From positions 62,001 to 105,848 of the forward strand of contig JBEKXF010000009.1 of the NCBI GenBank assembly GCA_049512315.1: 43,848 nucleotides of DNA, in the 5' to 3' direction. This stretch comes from Candidatus Aminicenantales bacterium (lineage in GTDB: Bacteria; Acidobacteriota; Aminicenantia; Aminicenantales; Saccharicenantaceae). The notes under the pieces are model-generated. The model was not told the origin of the DNA. It searched no databases and saw only the letters and a program-made list of their open reading frames with translations. Made by a program: the position numbers and the translations under genes. Below, one piece after another: positions 34,028-43,733 of this stretch. Position 1 is the stretch's first letter. Every line of letters starts with the position of its first letter.

Positions 34028-34505
34028 GACGGCCGAGAAATGGATCCTGTGGTCCCTGGACGGGCGCCTCGACGAGCGCTCCCGGGAAGGCCTCGAGAAG
34101 CATCTTGAAGCCTGTCCCTCCTGCCGTAAGGCCGCCGCCGAATACCGGTCCATGCTGAGTCTCCTCCGGGAGGAGAGAGAGCCGGCCCCCCTCCCCCGCT
34201 TCTGGGAGCGGCTCGAGCCCCGCTTGAGGGACGAGCAGAAGATCATGCCCCTCGTCCTCTGGGAGAGATGGGCGCTCCATGCGATCCCGGTCTTCGTGGC
34301 CCTGGTCGCCCTGGCGGCGGGCCTCTTTTTCTTTACGCCGCAGTCCAGGGACATGAGCCAGTCGGAGGCTCTGCTCATCGAGAACACCAACCCGTTCTCG
34401 GAGACGAGGAGCCTGTTCGAACAGAAGCGCCCGGAAGACAAGAGCATGATGCTCATCTTCGCCTCGCTCGACGAGAAACCCTCCGTCAGGAGACAATCCC
34501 CATGA
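34017..34505 (+). CDS. Zinc-binding (ZAS/zf-HC2) membrane anti-sigma factor
   Basis: HLEACPSC motif, single TM, GGAGG SD, overlaps sigma stop. Confidence 0.88.
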   Translation: MKCKTAEKWILWSLDGRLDERSREGLEKHLEACPSCRKAAAEYRSMLSLLREEREPAPLPRFWERLEPRLRDEQKIMPLVLWERWALHAIPVFVALVALAAGLFFFTPQSRDMSQSEALLIENTNPFSETRSLFEQKRPEDKSMMLIFASLDEKPSVRRQSP

Positions 34506-34933
34506 TCAAAAAATACAAGCTCTGGATCGCGCTGACCCTAGTCGTCGTCTTCGGCCTGGGTGCCGCGGCCGGCATCCTCGGCGAGCGCACTCTCATGCAT
34601 AAGAGGGACCACCGGCCGGTCACCGAACGGACGCCGTTCCCCCTGCTTGAACCCGTGGCCAAAGCCCTCGGGCTGACGGTCGAGCAGCAGGACAGGATCC
34701 GGGAGGTCTTCAAGCGGGGCGACGAACGGATGAAAGCGCTCGACACAGAGATCCATGCCCGCCTGCGGGAGATCCGGGCCCAGCTCAAGAGCGAGGTCGA
34801 CAGCATCCTCACCCCGGAACAATCCGGCAAACTCGAGGACATGATCCAGAAAGAGCGGGCCAAGCGGCAGCCCGGACGGACCGGCAAAGATCCTCAACGG
34901 AGCGACCGGGATCACTCCCCGGAAACGAAATAA
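34502..34933 (+). CDS. Spy/CpxP-like periplasmic protein
   Basis: N-terminal TM/signal, two LTxxQ motifs (LGLTVEQ, ILTPEQ); ATGA overlap. Confidence 0.75.
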   Translation: MIKKYKLWIALTLVVVFGLGAAAGILGERTLMHKRDHRPVTERTPFPLLEPVAKALGLTVEQQDRIREVFKRGDERMKALDTEIHARLREIRAQLKSEVDSILTPEQSGKLEDMIQKERAKRQPGRTGKDPQRSDRDHSPETK

Positions 34934-34959
34934 ATGTTCAAGGATAAAGGAGAAGCAGG

Positions 34960-36327
34960 ATGAAAAAGAAAGTCATTTGGGTCGGTATCATTGTGATCCT
35001 CATCGCGGGGGCCGTCCTCGGCGTGACCCTGATCGGGAAAGGCAAGAACGGCGCCGTCAAATACAGGAAGGAAGCCGTCGGGCGCGGCGACATCCAGGCC
35101 CTCGTCGTCACCTCGGGGACCCTGAACCCCATCGACCTCGTGGACGTCGGGAGCCAGGTTTCCGGCAAGATCACCGCCCTCTACGCCGATTACAATTCCA
35201 TGGTGAAGAAGGGCCAGCTCCTGGCCGAGCTCGAACTCGAACCCCTGCAGATGAAGATCCAGCAGAACGAGGCGAACTACAAGAGCCGGGTCGCCGCCCT
35301 CGAGCAGTCCAAGGTCGCCCTGGCCAGCCTGAAGAACAAGTACGACCGGGCCATGAACCTCTTCGACAAGAAGCTCGTGTCCATCGAGGACAAGGAGACG
35401 GCCGAGACCAGCTACCTATCCGCCAAGGCCGACGTCACGGCGGCCGAGGCCAATCTGGCCCAGGCCAAGATCTCGCTCGATCTGAGCAAGGTCGACCTGA
35501 GCCACGCCGTCATCCAGGCGCCGGTCGACGGGATCGTCATCACCCGCAAGGTCAGCGTCGGGCAGACCCTCCAGGCGGGGATGACCGTACCGGTCCTCTT
35601 CCAGATCGCCACGGACCTGACCAAGATGAAGGTCGAATGCAACGTCGACGAAGCCGATATCGGCCGGCTCAAGGAAGGGCAGAAGGTCCAGTTCACGGTC
35701 GAGGCCTTCCCGACCGATTCCTTCAATGGCGCCGTCCTACAGGTCCGCTTCGCCGCCACGACGGTGTCGAACGTCGTGACCTATTCGGTCGTGGTCAGCG
35801 TCGACAACCTTGAAAAGAAGCTACGGCCGGGCATGACGGCCACGGTCTCCATCATCGCCAGCGAAGCCAAGAACATCCTCCGGGTGGCCAACGCGGCCCT
35901 GCGGTTCACTCCGGACCTCCCCCAGGCGGAAATAGAAAGATACGTGAAAGAGGCGGGAGAACGGATGATGGCCCAGCGCCAGCAGCAGTCCGGACAGGCT
36001 GGCGCCTCCGGCGCCCCGGCGGCGGGCGACCCGGCCGGCGGCCAGCGGGCCCCGGGCCAGGCCTCCCCCCAGATGGGCGCGCGGTCCGGCAGCGGCCAGC
36101 GGCGTCAGCAGATCAGCCGCGTCTGGCTCCAGGACAAGGATGGAAAATTGTGGGTGGTCTTCGTCCGGGGCGGCATCACTGACAACTCCTATACGGAAAT
36201 CCTGCGGTCCGACCTCAAGGAGGGCGACGAAGTCATCATCGGCAAGGGCGGGACGACGACGACGACCGCGACGGCCAGTAGCAGGCCGGGCGGACCCCCC
36301 GGCGGAATGATGTTCATCGGCCGGTAA
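34960..36327 (+). CDS. MacA/YknX-like periplasmic adaptor (membrane fusion protein)
   Basis: VDVGSQVSGKI, VKKGQLLA, APVDGIV, VDEADIG, LRPGMTATV. Confidence 0.93.
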   Translation: MKKKVIWVGIIVILIAGAVLGVTLIGKGKNGAVKYRKEAVGRGDIQALVVTSGTLNPIDLVDVGSQVSGKITALYADYNSMVKKGQLLAELELEPLQMKIQQNEANYKSRVAALEQSKVALASLKNKYDRAMNLFDKKLVSIEDKETAETSYLSAKADVTAAEANLAQAKISLDLSKVDLSHAVIQAPVDGIVITRKVSVGQTLQAGMTVPVLFQIATDLTKMKVECNVDEADIGRLKEGQKVQFTVEAFPTDSFNGAVLQVRFAATTVSNVVTYSVVVSVDNLEKKLRPGMTATVSIIASEAKNILRVANAALRFTPDLPQAEIERYVKEAGERMMAQRQQQSGQAGASGAPAAGDPAGGQRAPGQASPQMGARSGSGQRRQQISRVWLQDKDGKLWVVFVRGGITDNSYTEILRSDLKEGDEVIIGKGGTTTTTATASSRPGGPPGGMMFIGR

Positions 36328-36353
36328 CGGCCCTGTCGGACAAGGAGCGGACC

Positions 36354-37037
36354 ATGGCAAAAAAGATCATCGAGCTTCGGGATCTGGTCAAGATCTACAA
36401 GATCGGCGAGACCGAAGTCCAGGCGCTGCGGGGGGTCACCTATTCGATCGAGGACGGGGAGTTCCTGGCCATCATGGGAGCTTCCGGGTCGGGGAAATCC
36501 ACCCTGATGAACATCCTCGGCTGCCTCGACAAGCCCACCTCGGGCGAATACATCCTGGACGGTGTCGCGGTCTCGACCCTCGACAAGAACACGCTGGCCC
36601 GGATCCGGAACCAGAAGCTCGGGTTCGTCTTCCAGAGTTTCAACCTCCTGCCGAGGACAACGGCCCTGGAAAACACGGAGCTGCCGCTCCTCTATTCGCG
36701 GATCAACGGGAAGGACATGACCAGAATGGCCCTCGACTCCCTGGCGGCCGTCGGGCTCCGCGACCGGGCCCATCACAAAACGAACCAGCTTTCGGGGGGC
36801 GAGCAGCAGCGGGTGGCCATCGCCCGGGCCCTCCTGAACAATCCCCAGCTGATCCTGGCCGACGAACCGACGGGGAACCTCGACAGCAAGACGAGCTTCG
36901 AGATCATGAACATCTTCAAGAAGCTCAATGAGGACAAGAAAATGACCATCGTCATGGTCACCCACGAGCCCGACATTGCCGCCTGGGCGAAACACCGGAT
37001 CTACCTCAAGGACGGGCTCATCGTCCGGGAAGATTAA
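36354..37037 (+). CDS. MacB-type ABC ATPase
   Basis: GASGSGKST, LSGGEQQRVAIARAL, LADEPTGNLD, VTHE. Confidence 0.95.
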   Translation: MAKKIIELRDLVKIYKIGETEVQALRGVTYSIEDGEFLAIMGASGSGKSTLMNILGCLDKPTSGEYILDGVAVSTLDKNTLARIRNQKLGFVFQSFNLLPRTTALENTELPLLYSRINGKDMTRMALDSLAAVGLRDRAHHKTNQLSGGEQQRVAIARALLNNPQLILADEPTGNLDSKTSFEIMNIFKKLNEDKKMTIVMVTHEPDIAAWAKHRIYLKDGLIVRED

Positions 37038-37077
37038 TCGGGCCCGGAGAACGGACCGTGAAAGAGAGAGTGCGATC

Positions 37078-38319
37078 ATGAAAAGCAGCTTGATGCATTT
37101 CGTCCAGACGATGAGGGTGGCCTTGCGGGCCCTGACCCGGAATAAAATGAGGACGTTCCTGACGGCCCTGGGCATCATCATCGGCGTCGGCGCCGTCATC
37201 GCCATGGTCAGTATCGGAGAAGGCGCCAAACGCGGCATCCAGGACCGGTTCAATTCCATGGGGACCAACCTGCTGTTCGTCTACCCGGGCAACCAGAACG
37301 TCCAAGGCGTTCGCAGCCAGGCCGGGAGCCGGACGAGCTTGAAAGAGGACGACGCCAAGGCGCTCTTGCTGTACTGCGACGCCATCCGGGCCATATCCCC
37401 GTCGGTGAACTCGCGCGGCCAGGTCGTCTTTGCCAACAAGAACTGGAACACGCAGATCTCCGGCACGGGCGCCGATTACCCGGACATCCGCAGCTGGCCG
37501 GTCGAGGAGGGAATCTACTTCGACGACAGCCAGGTCAAAGCCGGGGCCAAGGTCTGCGTTCTCGGGAGCGAGGTCAACAAGAACCTCTTCGGGGGGGCGG
37601 ACCCCGTCGGTCAGGTCATCCGGATCAAGAGCATCCCGTTCAGAGTCCTCGGCGTCCTCAAATCGAAGGGCGAGTCGGGAGGGTTTTTCAACCGCGATGA
37701 CATGATCGCCATTCCCTATACGACCTGCATGCATCGGCTCGCGGGCATCGACTATATCAATTCCGTCGACGTTTCCGCCGTCAGCTCCGACATGATGGCC
37801 GAGGCCAAACGCCAGATCGAGGTCCTCCTGCGCGACCGGCACAAGATCATGCCCGGGAGCGACGACGACTTCACGGTCCGGAACATGGCGGACATCGAGG
37901 AGAGCGCGGCCGAGTCCACTCAGATCATGACCATCCTGCTCGGCAGCATCGCCGGGATTTCCCTCCTCGTCGGCGGCATCGGGATCATGAACATCATGCT
38001 GGTCTCGGTCACGGAGCGGATCCGGGAAATCGGCATCCGGATGGCCGTAGGAGCCCGGGAGCGGGATATCCTGCTCCAGTTCCTGGCCGAGGCCATCGTC
38101 CTGAGCATCCTGGGCGGGACCATCGGCATCCTGTTCGGCTACGGCGCGTCTAAGCTCCTCGGCAAGGTCAAGGTCTTTTCCCAGTTCCAGACCGTCGTCT
38201 CCATGGGCTCGGTCCTGCTGGCCTTCCTGTTCTCCGCCTCGGTCGGGATCTTCTTCGGGTTCTACCCGGCCCGGAAAGCGTCCAAGCTCGACCCGATTGA
38301 AGCCCTGAGGTACGAATAA
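37078..38319 (+). CDS. MacB/FtsX-type ABC permease
   Basis: RTFLTALGIIIGV, GGIGIMNIMLVSVTERIREIGIR, PARKASKLDPIEALRYE. Confidence 0.95.
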   Translation: MKSSLMHFVQTMRVALRALTRNKMRTFLTALGIIIGVGAVIAMVSIGEGAKRGIQDRFNSMGTNLLFVYPGNQNVQGVRSQAGSRTSLKEDDAKALLLYCDAIRAISPSVNSRGQVVFANKNWNTQISGTGADYPDIRSWPVEEGIYFDDSQVKAGAKVCVLGSEVNKNLFGGADPVGQVIRIKSIPFRVLGVLKSKGESGGFFNRDDMIAIPYTTCMHRLAGIDYINSVDVSAVSSDMMAEAKRQIEVLLRDRHKIMPGSDDDFTVRNMADIEESAAESTQIMTILLGSIAGISLLVGGIGIMNIMLVSVTERIREIGIRMAVGARERDILLQFLAEAIVLSILGGTIGILFGYGASKLLGKVKVFSQFQTVVSMGSVLLAFLFSASVGIFFGFYPARKASKLDPIEALRYE

Positions 38320-38383
38320 CGCCCGGGCCGGTCGGACGGACGGACATTCATCAAAGAGAAAACAGACCATGAGGAGGTCGATC

Positions 38384-39949
38384 ATGAAAAAACAGCTCCG
38401 TTGGGCCTTGTGGCTCTTTGTTGCCGTCCTGGCCGTTCCGGCCTGGCCCCAGGAGAACACGAAGACGGTTTCCCTTTCCCTGCAGGATTGCGTCGCCCGA
38501 ACGATCAAAAACAACCTCGGCGTCGCCATCCAGGTCCTCAACCCCGTGCAGGCCGAAAATTCGGTGGCCTTGGCCAGGGAAATATTCCTGCCGACCTTTT
38601 CCCTGAGCGCCAACAAGCAGGGTTCGACCAGCGTTTCATATTCTTTTATCGACTCGTCAGGCAATATTATCAGCAAAACGAATAACTATACGTTCTCCGG
38701 CACGCAATATGTGCCTTTCGGGGGGACGTTCACGATTTCGGCCACCGGGTACCAGACGGATTCGAACCAGAACTTTCAGACGATCAACCCTCGTTACGGC
38801 ACGACGCTGAGATTCAACTTCACCCAGCCCCTCCTCCGGAATTTCGGCTACGATATCAGTCGGTATAGTATCCTTGTCGCCCGGAACGGCCTCGCCACGT
38901 CGGACTTCCAGCTCAAGCAGACGCTGATGGACACGATCTACTCAGTGGAATCCGCCTATTGGGGGCTCGTCTACAGCATCGAGAACCTCAATGACCGGCG
39001 GCAGTCCTTGCAGCTCGCCAAGGACCTTCTCGATAAGAACCAACGGTCGGTCGAGGTCGGGACCATGGCGCCTATGGACGTCCTCAGCGCCCAGGCCGAG
39101 GTCGCGACGCGCGAGGCCGACCTCATCCAGGCCGAAACGCAGGTCAAAAGCGCAGAGGACCAACTGAAGGTCCTGCTCAACATGCCGGAAGACGAACAGA
39201 GGGCGGTCGGTTCGATCAAACCGTTGGACAGCCCGTCCCTCGAGGAGCGCAAGGTCAGTTTGGACGAAGCCCTGGCCACCGCCTTTGAGCTGAGGCCGGA
39301 CCTGGCCTCTTCCAAGCTCGGCATTGAGCTCCAGCAGCTCAACATGAGATACACCAGAAACCAGCTCCTCCCCGACCTGAACCTCTCGGCCTACTATTCC
39401 GGATCGGGAGTCTCCGGGACGGAGATCCTGTACGATGGGAACCCCCTCCTCGGCGCCCCGATTATTGGGACCATCCCCGGCAACTTCAGCGGCGCCATCA
39501 AGGACTCGTTGGCCTTTAGGTACCCCAACTGGTCCGTCGGCCTGACTTTGAACATTCCTGTGAGCCGTTTCACTTCAAGAGCGATTTACGCCCAGGCCAA
39601 AGTCAACATCCAAGAAGCGATGCTAACTCTGCAAAACACCCAGCAGCAGGCGGTTCTGGAGATCAAAAACTCTCTCCGGTCTGTGGAATCGAATTTCAAA
39701 CGGATCAACGCCTACAGAGTGGCCCGGGAATTTGCCGAACAGAAGCTGGCCGCCGAAGAAGAGAAGCTCAGCGTCGGCCAGAGCACGAACTACCTGGTCC
39801 TCTCCTACCAGAGGGACCTGGCCGACGCCCGGATCTCCGAGCTCAACGCCATCGTCGCCTACAACGTGTCCCTCGCTTCCCTGGATCACTCCCTGGGCGT
39901 CAGCCTGAGGAACAGAAACGTCAAATTGACGGACTATATCCAGAATTGA
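38384..39949 (+). CDS. TolC-family outer membrane channel
   Basis: Signal peptide, two OEP-like repeats (LSLQDCV...FLPTFSL; RPDL...LLPDLNL), GAGGAGG SD. Confidence 0.9.
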   Translation: MKKQLRWALWLFVAVLAVPAWPQENTKTVSLSLQDCVARTIKNNLGVAIQVLNPVQAENSVALAREIFLPTFSLSANKQGSTSVSYSFIDSSGNIISKTNNYTFSGTQYVPFGGTFTISATGYQTDSNQNFQTINPRYGTTLRFNFTQPLLRNFGYDISRYSILVARNGLATSDFQLKQTLMDTIYSVESAYWGLVYSIENLNDRRQSLQLAKDLLDKNQRSVEVGTMAPMDVLSAQAEVATREADLIQAETQVKSAEDQLKVLLNMPEDEQRAVGSIKPLDSPSLEERKVSLDEALATAFELRPDLASSKLGIELQQLNMRYTRNQLLPDLNLSAYYSGSGVSGTEILYDGNPLLGAPIIGTIPGNFSGAIKDSLAFRYPNWSVGLTLNIPVSRFTSRAIYAQAKVNIQEAMLTLQNTQQQAVLEIKNSLRSVESNFKRINAYRVAREFAEQKLAAEEEKLSVGQSTNYLVLSYQRDLADARISELNAIVAYNVSLASLDHSLGVSLRNRNVKLTDYIQN

Positions 39950-40034
39950 CGGGGTCCCCGCCGCGACGGGGGCTTCAGGACGGTCTTTATCTCCGCCCGG
40001 GCGTGACGTCCGTTTCTCTGACGTTCGTCTGAGC

Positions 40035-40063
40035 TTGCATTCGCCGGGGAGTCGTGCTATGAT
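40035..40063 (+). promoter_or_regulatory. Sigma70 promoter of hfq-like-pdxA
   Basis: TTGCAT-N17-TATGAT with extended TG. Confidence 0.7.
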
Positions 40064-40115
40064 TCGAGACAAAATTAAGCATCTCCAATCCATCCCTTCG
40101 TTTGGAGAAGATTCT

Positions 40116-40463
40116 ATGAACAGAAAGCTGATCCGGCCCAATCTCTCCGAAATCAAAGAACACATGACCCAGGACAAGGACCGCGACAGGGACGCGGCCC
40201 GGCGGAAAATGCATCCCCCGACCGACACGTTCGCCGAGAGCTACTACTACCTCAAGCAGATGAACAAGAAGACCCCCATGGCCGTCGTCTTCACGGACGG
40301 CACGACCGTCGAGGGGTACATCGAATGGTACGACCGCAACTGCATCAAGCTTAACCGTAACAACGCCCCGAACCTGCTCATCTACAAAACGAACATCCGC
40401 TGCCTGTACAAGGCGGGCGAGGCCCCCGAGGCCGCGGGAGACGAGTCCAAGAAGAAAAAATGA
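40116..40463 (+). CDS. Divergent Hfq-like (LSm-fold) RNA chaperone
   Basis: Helix then MAVVFTDGTTVEGYIEWYDRNCI (Sm1-like) and LLIYKTNI (Sm2-like YKxxI). Confidence 0.7.
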   Translation: MNRKLIRPNLSEIKEHMTQDKDRDRDAARRKMHPPTDTFAESYYYLKQMNKKTPMAVVFTDGTTVEGYIEWYDRNCIKLNRNNAPNLLIYKTNIRCLYKAGEAPEAAGDESKKKK

Positions 40464-41437
40464 CCGTTCCCAGGATCGGGGTGACCCTGGGCGATCCGGG
40501 CGGGGTCGGGCCTGAAATCGTCCTGAAAGCGCTGGCCGGGGATCACACCCTCCCCACGGCCGCCTATGTTCTTTTCGGGAATTCCCAAATTGTCGCCGGC
40601 ACGGCCCGGACCCTCGATCTCCGTTTCGGCTTGGAAGCCTGGGGCCCGGAGAGGGCCGGGGAGCCGGGGATATTCCTGTCCGAGATCCCGTCTCCGGCCG
40701 ATGACCCCGCGCCGGCCCGGCCTGACGCCAAGAGCGGGGAAGCCTCGTTCCGGTTCTTTGAGGCCGCTTTGGACGCCGCACGGAGCGGGGCTCTCGAAGC
40801 CGTGGTCACGGCGCCCGTCTCCAAGTCCGCCTGGAAGCTGGCCGGCATCCCCTGGCGGGGGCACACGGAGCGCCTCGAGAGCCTCTATCCCGGCGCCATC
40901 ATGTCTTTCTGGTCCGAGAAGCTCAAGGTCGCGCTCCTCAGCCACCATCTCCCCCTGAGAGAGGCGCTGGGCAGGGTCCGCCGGGACATCCTTCTCGATT
41001 TCTTCCGGGCCCTCAGCCGGAGCACCGTGAGGATCCGGGGAGGCCCCCGCGAGTTCCTCGTGGCGGGCCTCAACCCGCACGCCGGAGAGGACGGGCTTCT
41101 CGGCGGCGAAGAGGAAGGGGAGATCAGGCCGGCCATCAAGACGGCCAGGGAGGAGGGGCTCAACGTCAGCGGGCCCTATCCGCCGGATACCGTTTTTCGG
41201 CTGGCCCTGGGCCGGCCGGACGTGATGGTCGTCGCCCTCTATCACGATCAGGGCTTGGTCGCGTTCAAGCTGGAAGCGTTCGAGTCCGGGGTCAACGCCA
41301 CGCTCGGCCTGCCGTTCGTCCGGACCTCTCCCGACCACGGCACGGCGTTCGACATCGCCGGCCGGGGCGTGGCCAGCCCCCTGAGCATGGTGGAGGCGAT
41401 TAGGCTGGCCGGCCGCTTCACCGCCAGCGCTTCTTGA
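40460..41437 (+). CDS. pdxA: 4-hydroxythreonine-4-phosphate dehydrogenase family protein
   Basis: TLGDPGGVGPE, TAPVSK, GHTE, GLNPHAGE, YHDQG, RTSPDHGTAFDIAG. Confidence 0.93.
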   Translation: MTVPRIGVTLGDPGGVGPEIVLKALAGDHTLPTAAYVLFGNSQIVAGTARTLDLRFGLEAWGPERAGEPGIFLSEIPSPADDPAPARPDAKSGEASFRFFEAALDAARSGALEAVVTAPVSKSAWKLAGIPWRGHTERLESLYPGAIMSFWSEKLKVALLSHHLPLREALGRVRRDILLDFFRALSRSTVRIRGGPREFLVAGLNPHAGEDGLLGGEEEGEIRPAIKTAREEGLNVSGPYPPDTVFRLALGRPDVMVVALYHDQGLVAFKLEAFESGVNATLGLPFVRTSPDHGTAFDIAGRGVASPLSMVEAIRLAGRFTASAS

Positions 41438-41882
41438 TTTCCGCCCGGATCTCCCGGTCGGTGTCCCGCTTCTTGATGGCCTCGCGCTTTTCGTACTCGC
41501 GCTTCCCCCGGACGAGGGCCAGCTCGAGCTTGATCTTGCCCCGGTCGCTGATCAGGACGCGGGTCGGGACGAGAGTCAGTCCCCTCTCCTGGATCTTACC
41601 GGCCAGGCGCTTGATCTCCCGGCGGTGGAGAAGGAGCTTGCGGTCGCGGAGAGGGTCGTGGTTGAAGATGTTGGCCGCCTCGTAGGGGCTGACATGGCAC
41701 TTGACGAGGAAAACCTCGCCGTTTTTGACCTCGGCGTAGCTTTCTTTGAGGCTGATCCGGCCGTCCCGGATGGACTTGACTTCGCTCCCCTGGAGGGCCA
41801 TCCCCGCTTCGAACTTCTCCAGGATTTCGTAGTCGTGGGAGACATGTTTGTTGACGGCGACGGTGCGGACGGCGGTTTTCAC
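41418..41882 (-). CDS. smpB: SsrA-binding protein
   Basis: EAGMALQGSEVKSIR, RKLLLHRREI, GLTLVP, GKREYEKRE. Confidence 0.97.
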   Translation of the reverse strand: MKTAVRTVAVNKHVSHDYEILEKFEAGMALQGSEVKSIRDGRISLKESYAEVKNGEVFLVKCHVSPYEAANIFNHDPLRDRKLLLHRREIKRLAGKIQERGLTLVPTRVLISDRGKIKLELALVRGKREYEKREAIKKRDTDREIRAEIKKRWR

Positions 41883-43147
41883 GACGCGGGGGGTCCTTTC
41901 GCGGCGTCGAGGTCGGCCCGGATGAGGCTGATGTGCCGCTTGTTCATTTTTTCGACCGTCAGCCGGAAACCGCCGAATTCCAGCGAATCTTTTTCGCGGG
42001 GGATGTGGCCGAACTCGTACAGGAAAAAGCCGGCCAGCGTCGTGTAATCGTTTCTCTCGGGGAGGCCCAGTGAGAGCCGGGCATTGGCTTCCTTGACCGG
42101 CGTCGAGCCCTTGATGAGGTAGGCGTGGTCGTCGAGACGGACAAAGGCCTCCTCGGCCTTCCCGTCATGCTCGTCCCGGATGTCGCCGACGACCTCCTCG
42201 ATGATGTCCTCGAGGGTCACGATTCCCTCCATGTTGCCGAATTCGTCCACGACGAACGCCATGTGCACGGCACTCTCCTGCATCTGGATCAGGACCTTTT
42301 CGAGCGAGGCGAGCTCGGGGACGAAGAGCGGTCGACGAAGGATGGACCTTATGTTAACATCTTTATTATCAATTATATAACTGATAATGTCCTTGGTGTG
42401 GATGGTCCCCTCGATGTTGTCGAACCGGCCGCGATAAACCGGATACCGGGAATAGCCCGCCGAGCGGACCGTTTCGAGGACCCGGCTCCACGGCCAGTCG
42501 ATCTCGATGGCCTTGACCTCGGGCCTCGGGACCATGATCTCCTTCACGGGCCGGGCGTTGATGTCGAGGGCGCCCGAGATCATCTTCCGGCGAAGAGCGG
42601 AAAGGCCGCGGGTGCGGGAAAGGACGGCGATCCGGATCTCCTCGTCGCTGAGCCGGACGGCCGGGCCGTCGCGGCGCTCACGGGACGACGGGACGAAGAG
42701 CCCGGTGACGAACGAGAGGACCTTGACGAAAGGAAAGAAGATGACCATCATCCCCCGGACCGGGTAGCTAAAGAAAAGGGCGGTCCGGAGGGGGTTGTGG
42801 GCGGCGAAGGTCTTGGGGTTGATCTCCGCGAAGATTAGGAGGAGGAGGGTGGTGGTGGCCGTAGCGAAGAGAACGGCCCGGCTCCTGTCCGGGACCAGGG
42901 TGACGAAAACGGAGGTGGCGATCGAGGCCGCGGCCACGTTCACCAGAGTGTTGCCGATCAGGATGGTCGCCAGAAAATCGTTCATCCGGAGGAGGATCCT
43001 GCGGACGAGACCGGCCCTCTTGGAGCCCTGCTTTTCGGCGTATTCGAGGGAATAGGGGCTTGAGGCGATGAAGGCGGTTTCGGAGGAGGAGAAAAAGGCG
43101 CTGGCGAGGAGGCACAGGACAAAAAAAAGCAATGCCGGCAGAAACAT
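41879..43147 (-). CDS. CNNM/DUF21-CBS-CorC domain (hemolysin-family) membrane protein
   Basis: SAFFSSSETA, TILIGNTLVN, EINPK, YSRYPVY, VDEFG...TLEDIIEEVVGDIRDEHD, YTTLAG. Confidence 0.93.
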   Translation of the reverse strand: MFLPALLFFVLCLLASAFFSSSETAFIASSPYSLEYAEKQGSKRAGLVRRILLRMNDFLATILIGNTLVNVAAASIATSVFVTLVPDRSRAVLFATATTTLLLLIFAEINPKTFAAHNPLRTALFFSYPVRGMMVIFFPFVKVLSFVTGLFVPSSRERRDGPAVRLSDEEIRIAVLSRTRGLSALRRKMISGALDINARPVKEIMVPRPEVKAIEIDWPWSRVLETVRSAGYSRYPVYRGRFDNIEGTIHTKDIISYIIDNKDVNIRSILRRPLFVPELASLEKVLIQMQESAVHMAFVVDEFGNMEGIVTLEDIIEEVVGDIRDEHDGKAEEAFVRLDDHAYLIKGSTPVKEANARLSLGLPERNDYTTLAGFFLYEFGHIPREKDSLEFGGFRLTVEKMNKRHISLIRADLDAAKGPPAS

Positions 43148-43157
43148 CAAGCCCGTG

Positions 43158-43673
43158 TCAGCTGACGACCCGCTGCTTGGCGTCCTTGAAGCAGTGGGCG
43201 AGAGTCCCGAGGAGCTTGTGCTCGATCTTCGAGCTGGGGACGTCGGCGGCCTCGGAGATCTCACAGACGAGGAGCTCCTTGGCCTTCTCCATCATCTTCT
43301 TTTCACGGAAGGAAAGGGGCTTGATCAGGCTGAGATAATAGAGACTCTTCATGACCGTGGCCACGTCGAAGAGGATCCCCGATTTCATCAGGTTGACGTG
43401 CTCCTTGTACCGTCCCTTCCAGTCCATGGTGACGTCCACCGCCCCGTTCCTCATGAACGTGAAAATCTTCTTGATGGAGCCCTCGGAGACGGGCCGCCGG
43501 ATCCCGATTTCGCGGGCCGTCGAGCTCGAGATCTGGACGAGGGTGTTGTTGGCGATGATCCTCAGGTGGATGATGTTCGAGCCCTCGTCGCTCGATTCCT
43601 TCCGGATGGCCTCGATGACGCTGAGCCCCTGGTTCGGATAGATGACCTTATCGCCGATTTTCATGGCATTCAT
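43158..43673 (-). CDS. carD: CarD-family transcriptional regulator
   Basis: IGDKVIYPNQG, conserved Trp in DWKGRY, LSFREKKM; alternative start at 43664. Confidence 0.9.
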   Translation of the reverse strand: MNAMKIGDKVIYPNQGLSVIEAIRKESSDEGSNIIHLRIIANNTLVQISSSTAREIGIRRPVSEGSIKKIFTFMRNGAVDVTMDWKGRYKEHVNLMKSGILFDVATVMKSLYYLSLIKPLSFREKKMMEKAKELLVCEISEAADVPSSKIEHKLLGTLAHCFKDAKQRVVS

Positions 43674-43681
43674 AGCCTTCT

Positions 43682-43711
43682 ATTATATCTGAAAACAGGG
43701 GAGAGAGTCAA
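43682..43711 (-). promoter_or_regulatory. Sigma70 promoter of carD-CNNM-smpB
   Basis: TTGACT-N18-TATAAT. Confidence 0.7.
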
Positions 43712-43733
43712 CGTATTGTCCGGGGGGTGTCAA

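Noticed and set aside
42332..42360. TTATGTTAA resembling the XerD arm of dif
   Set aside because: No XerC-like arm 6 bp upstream, and the site is only about 31 kb from the predicted oriC
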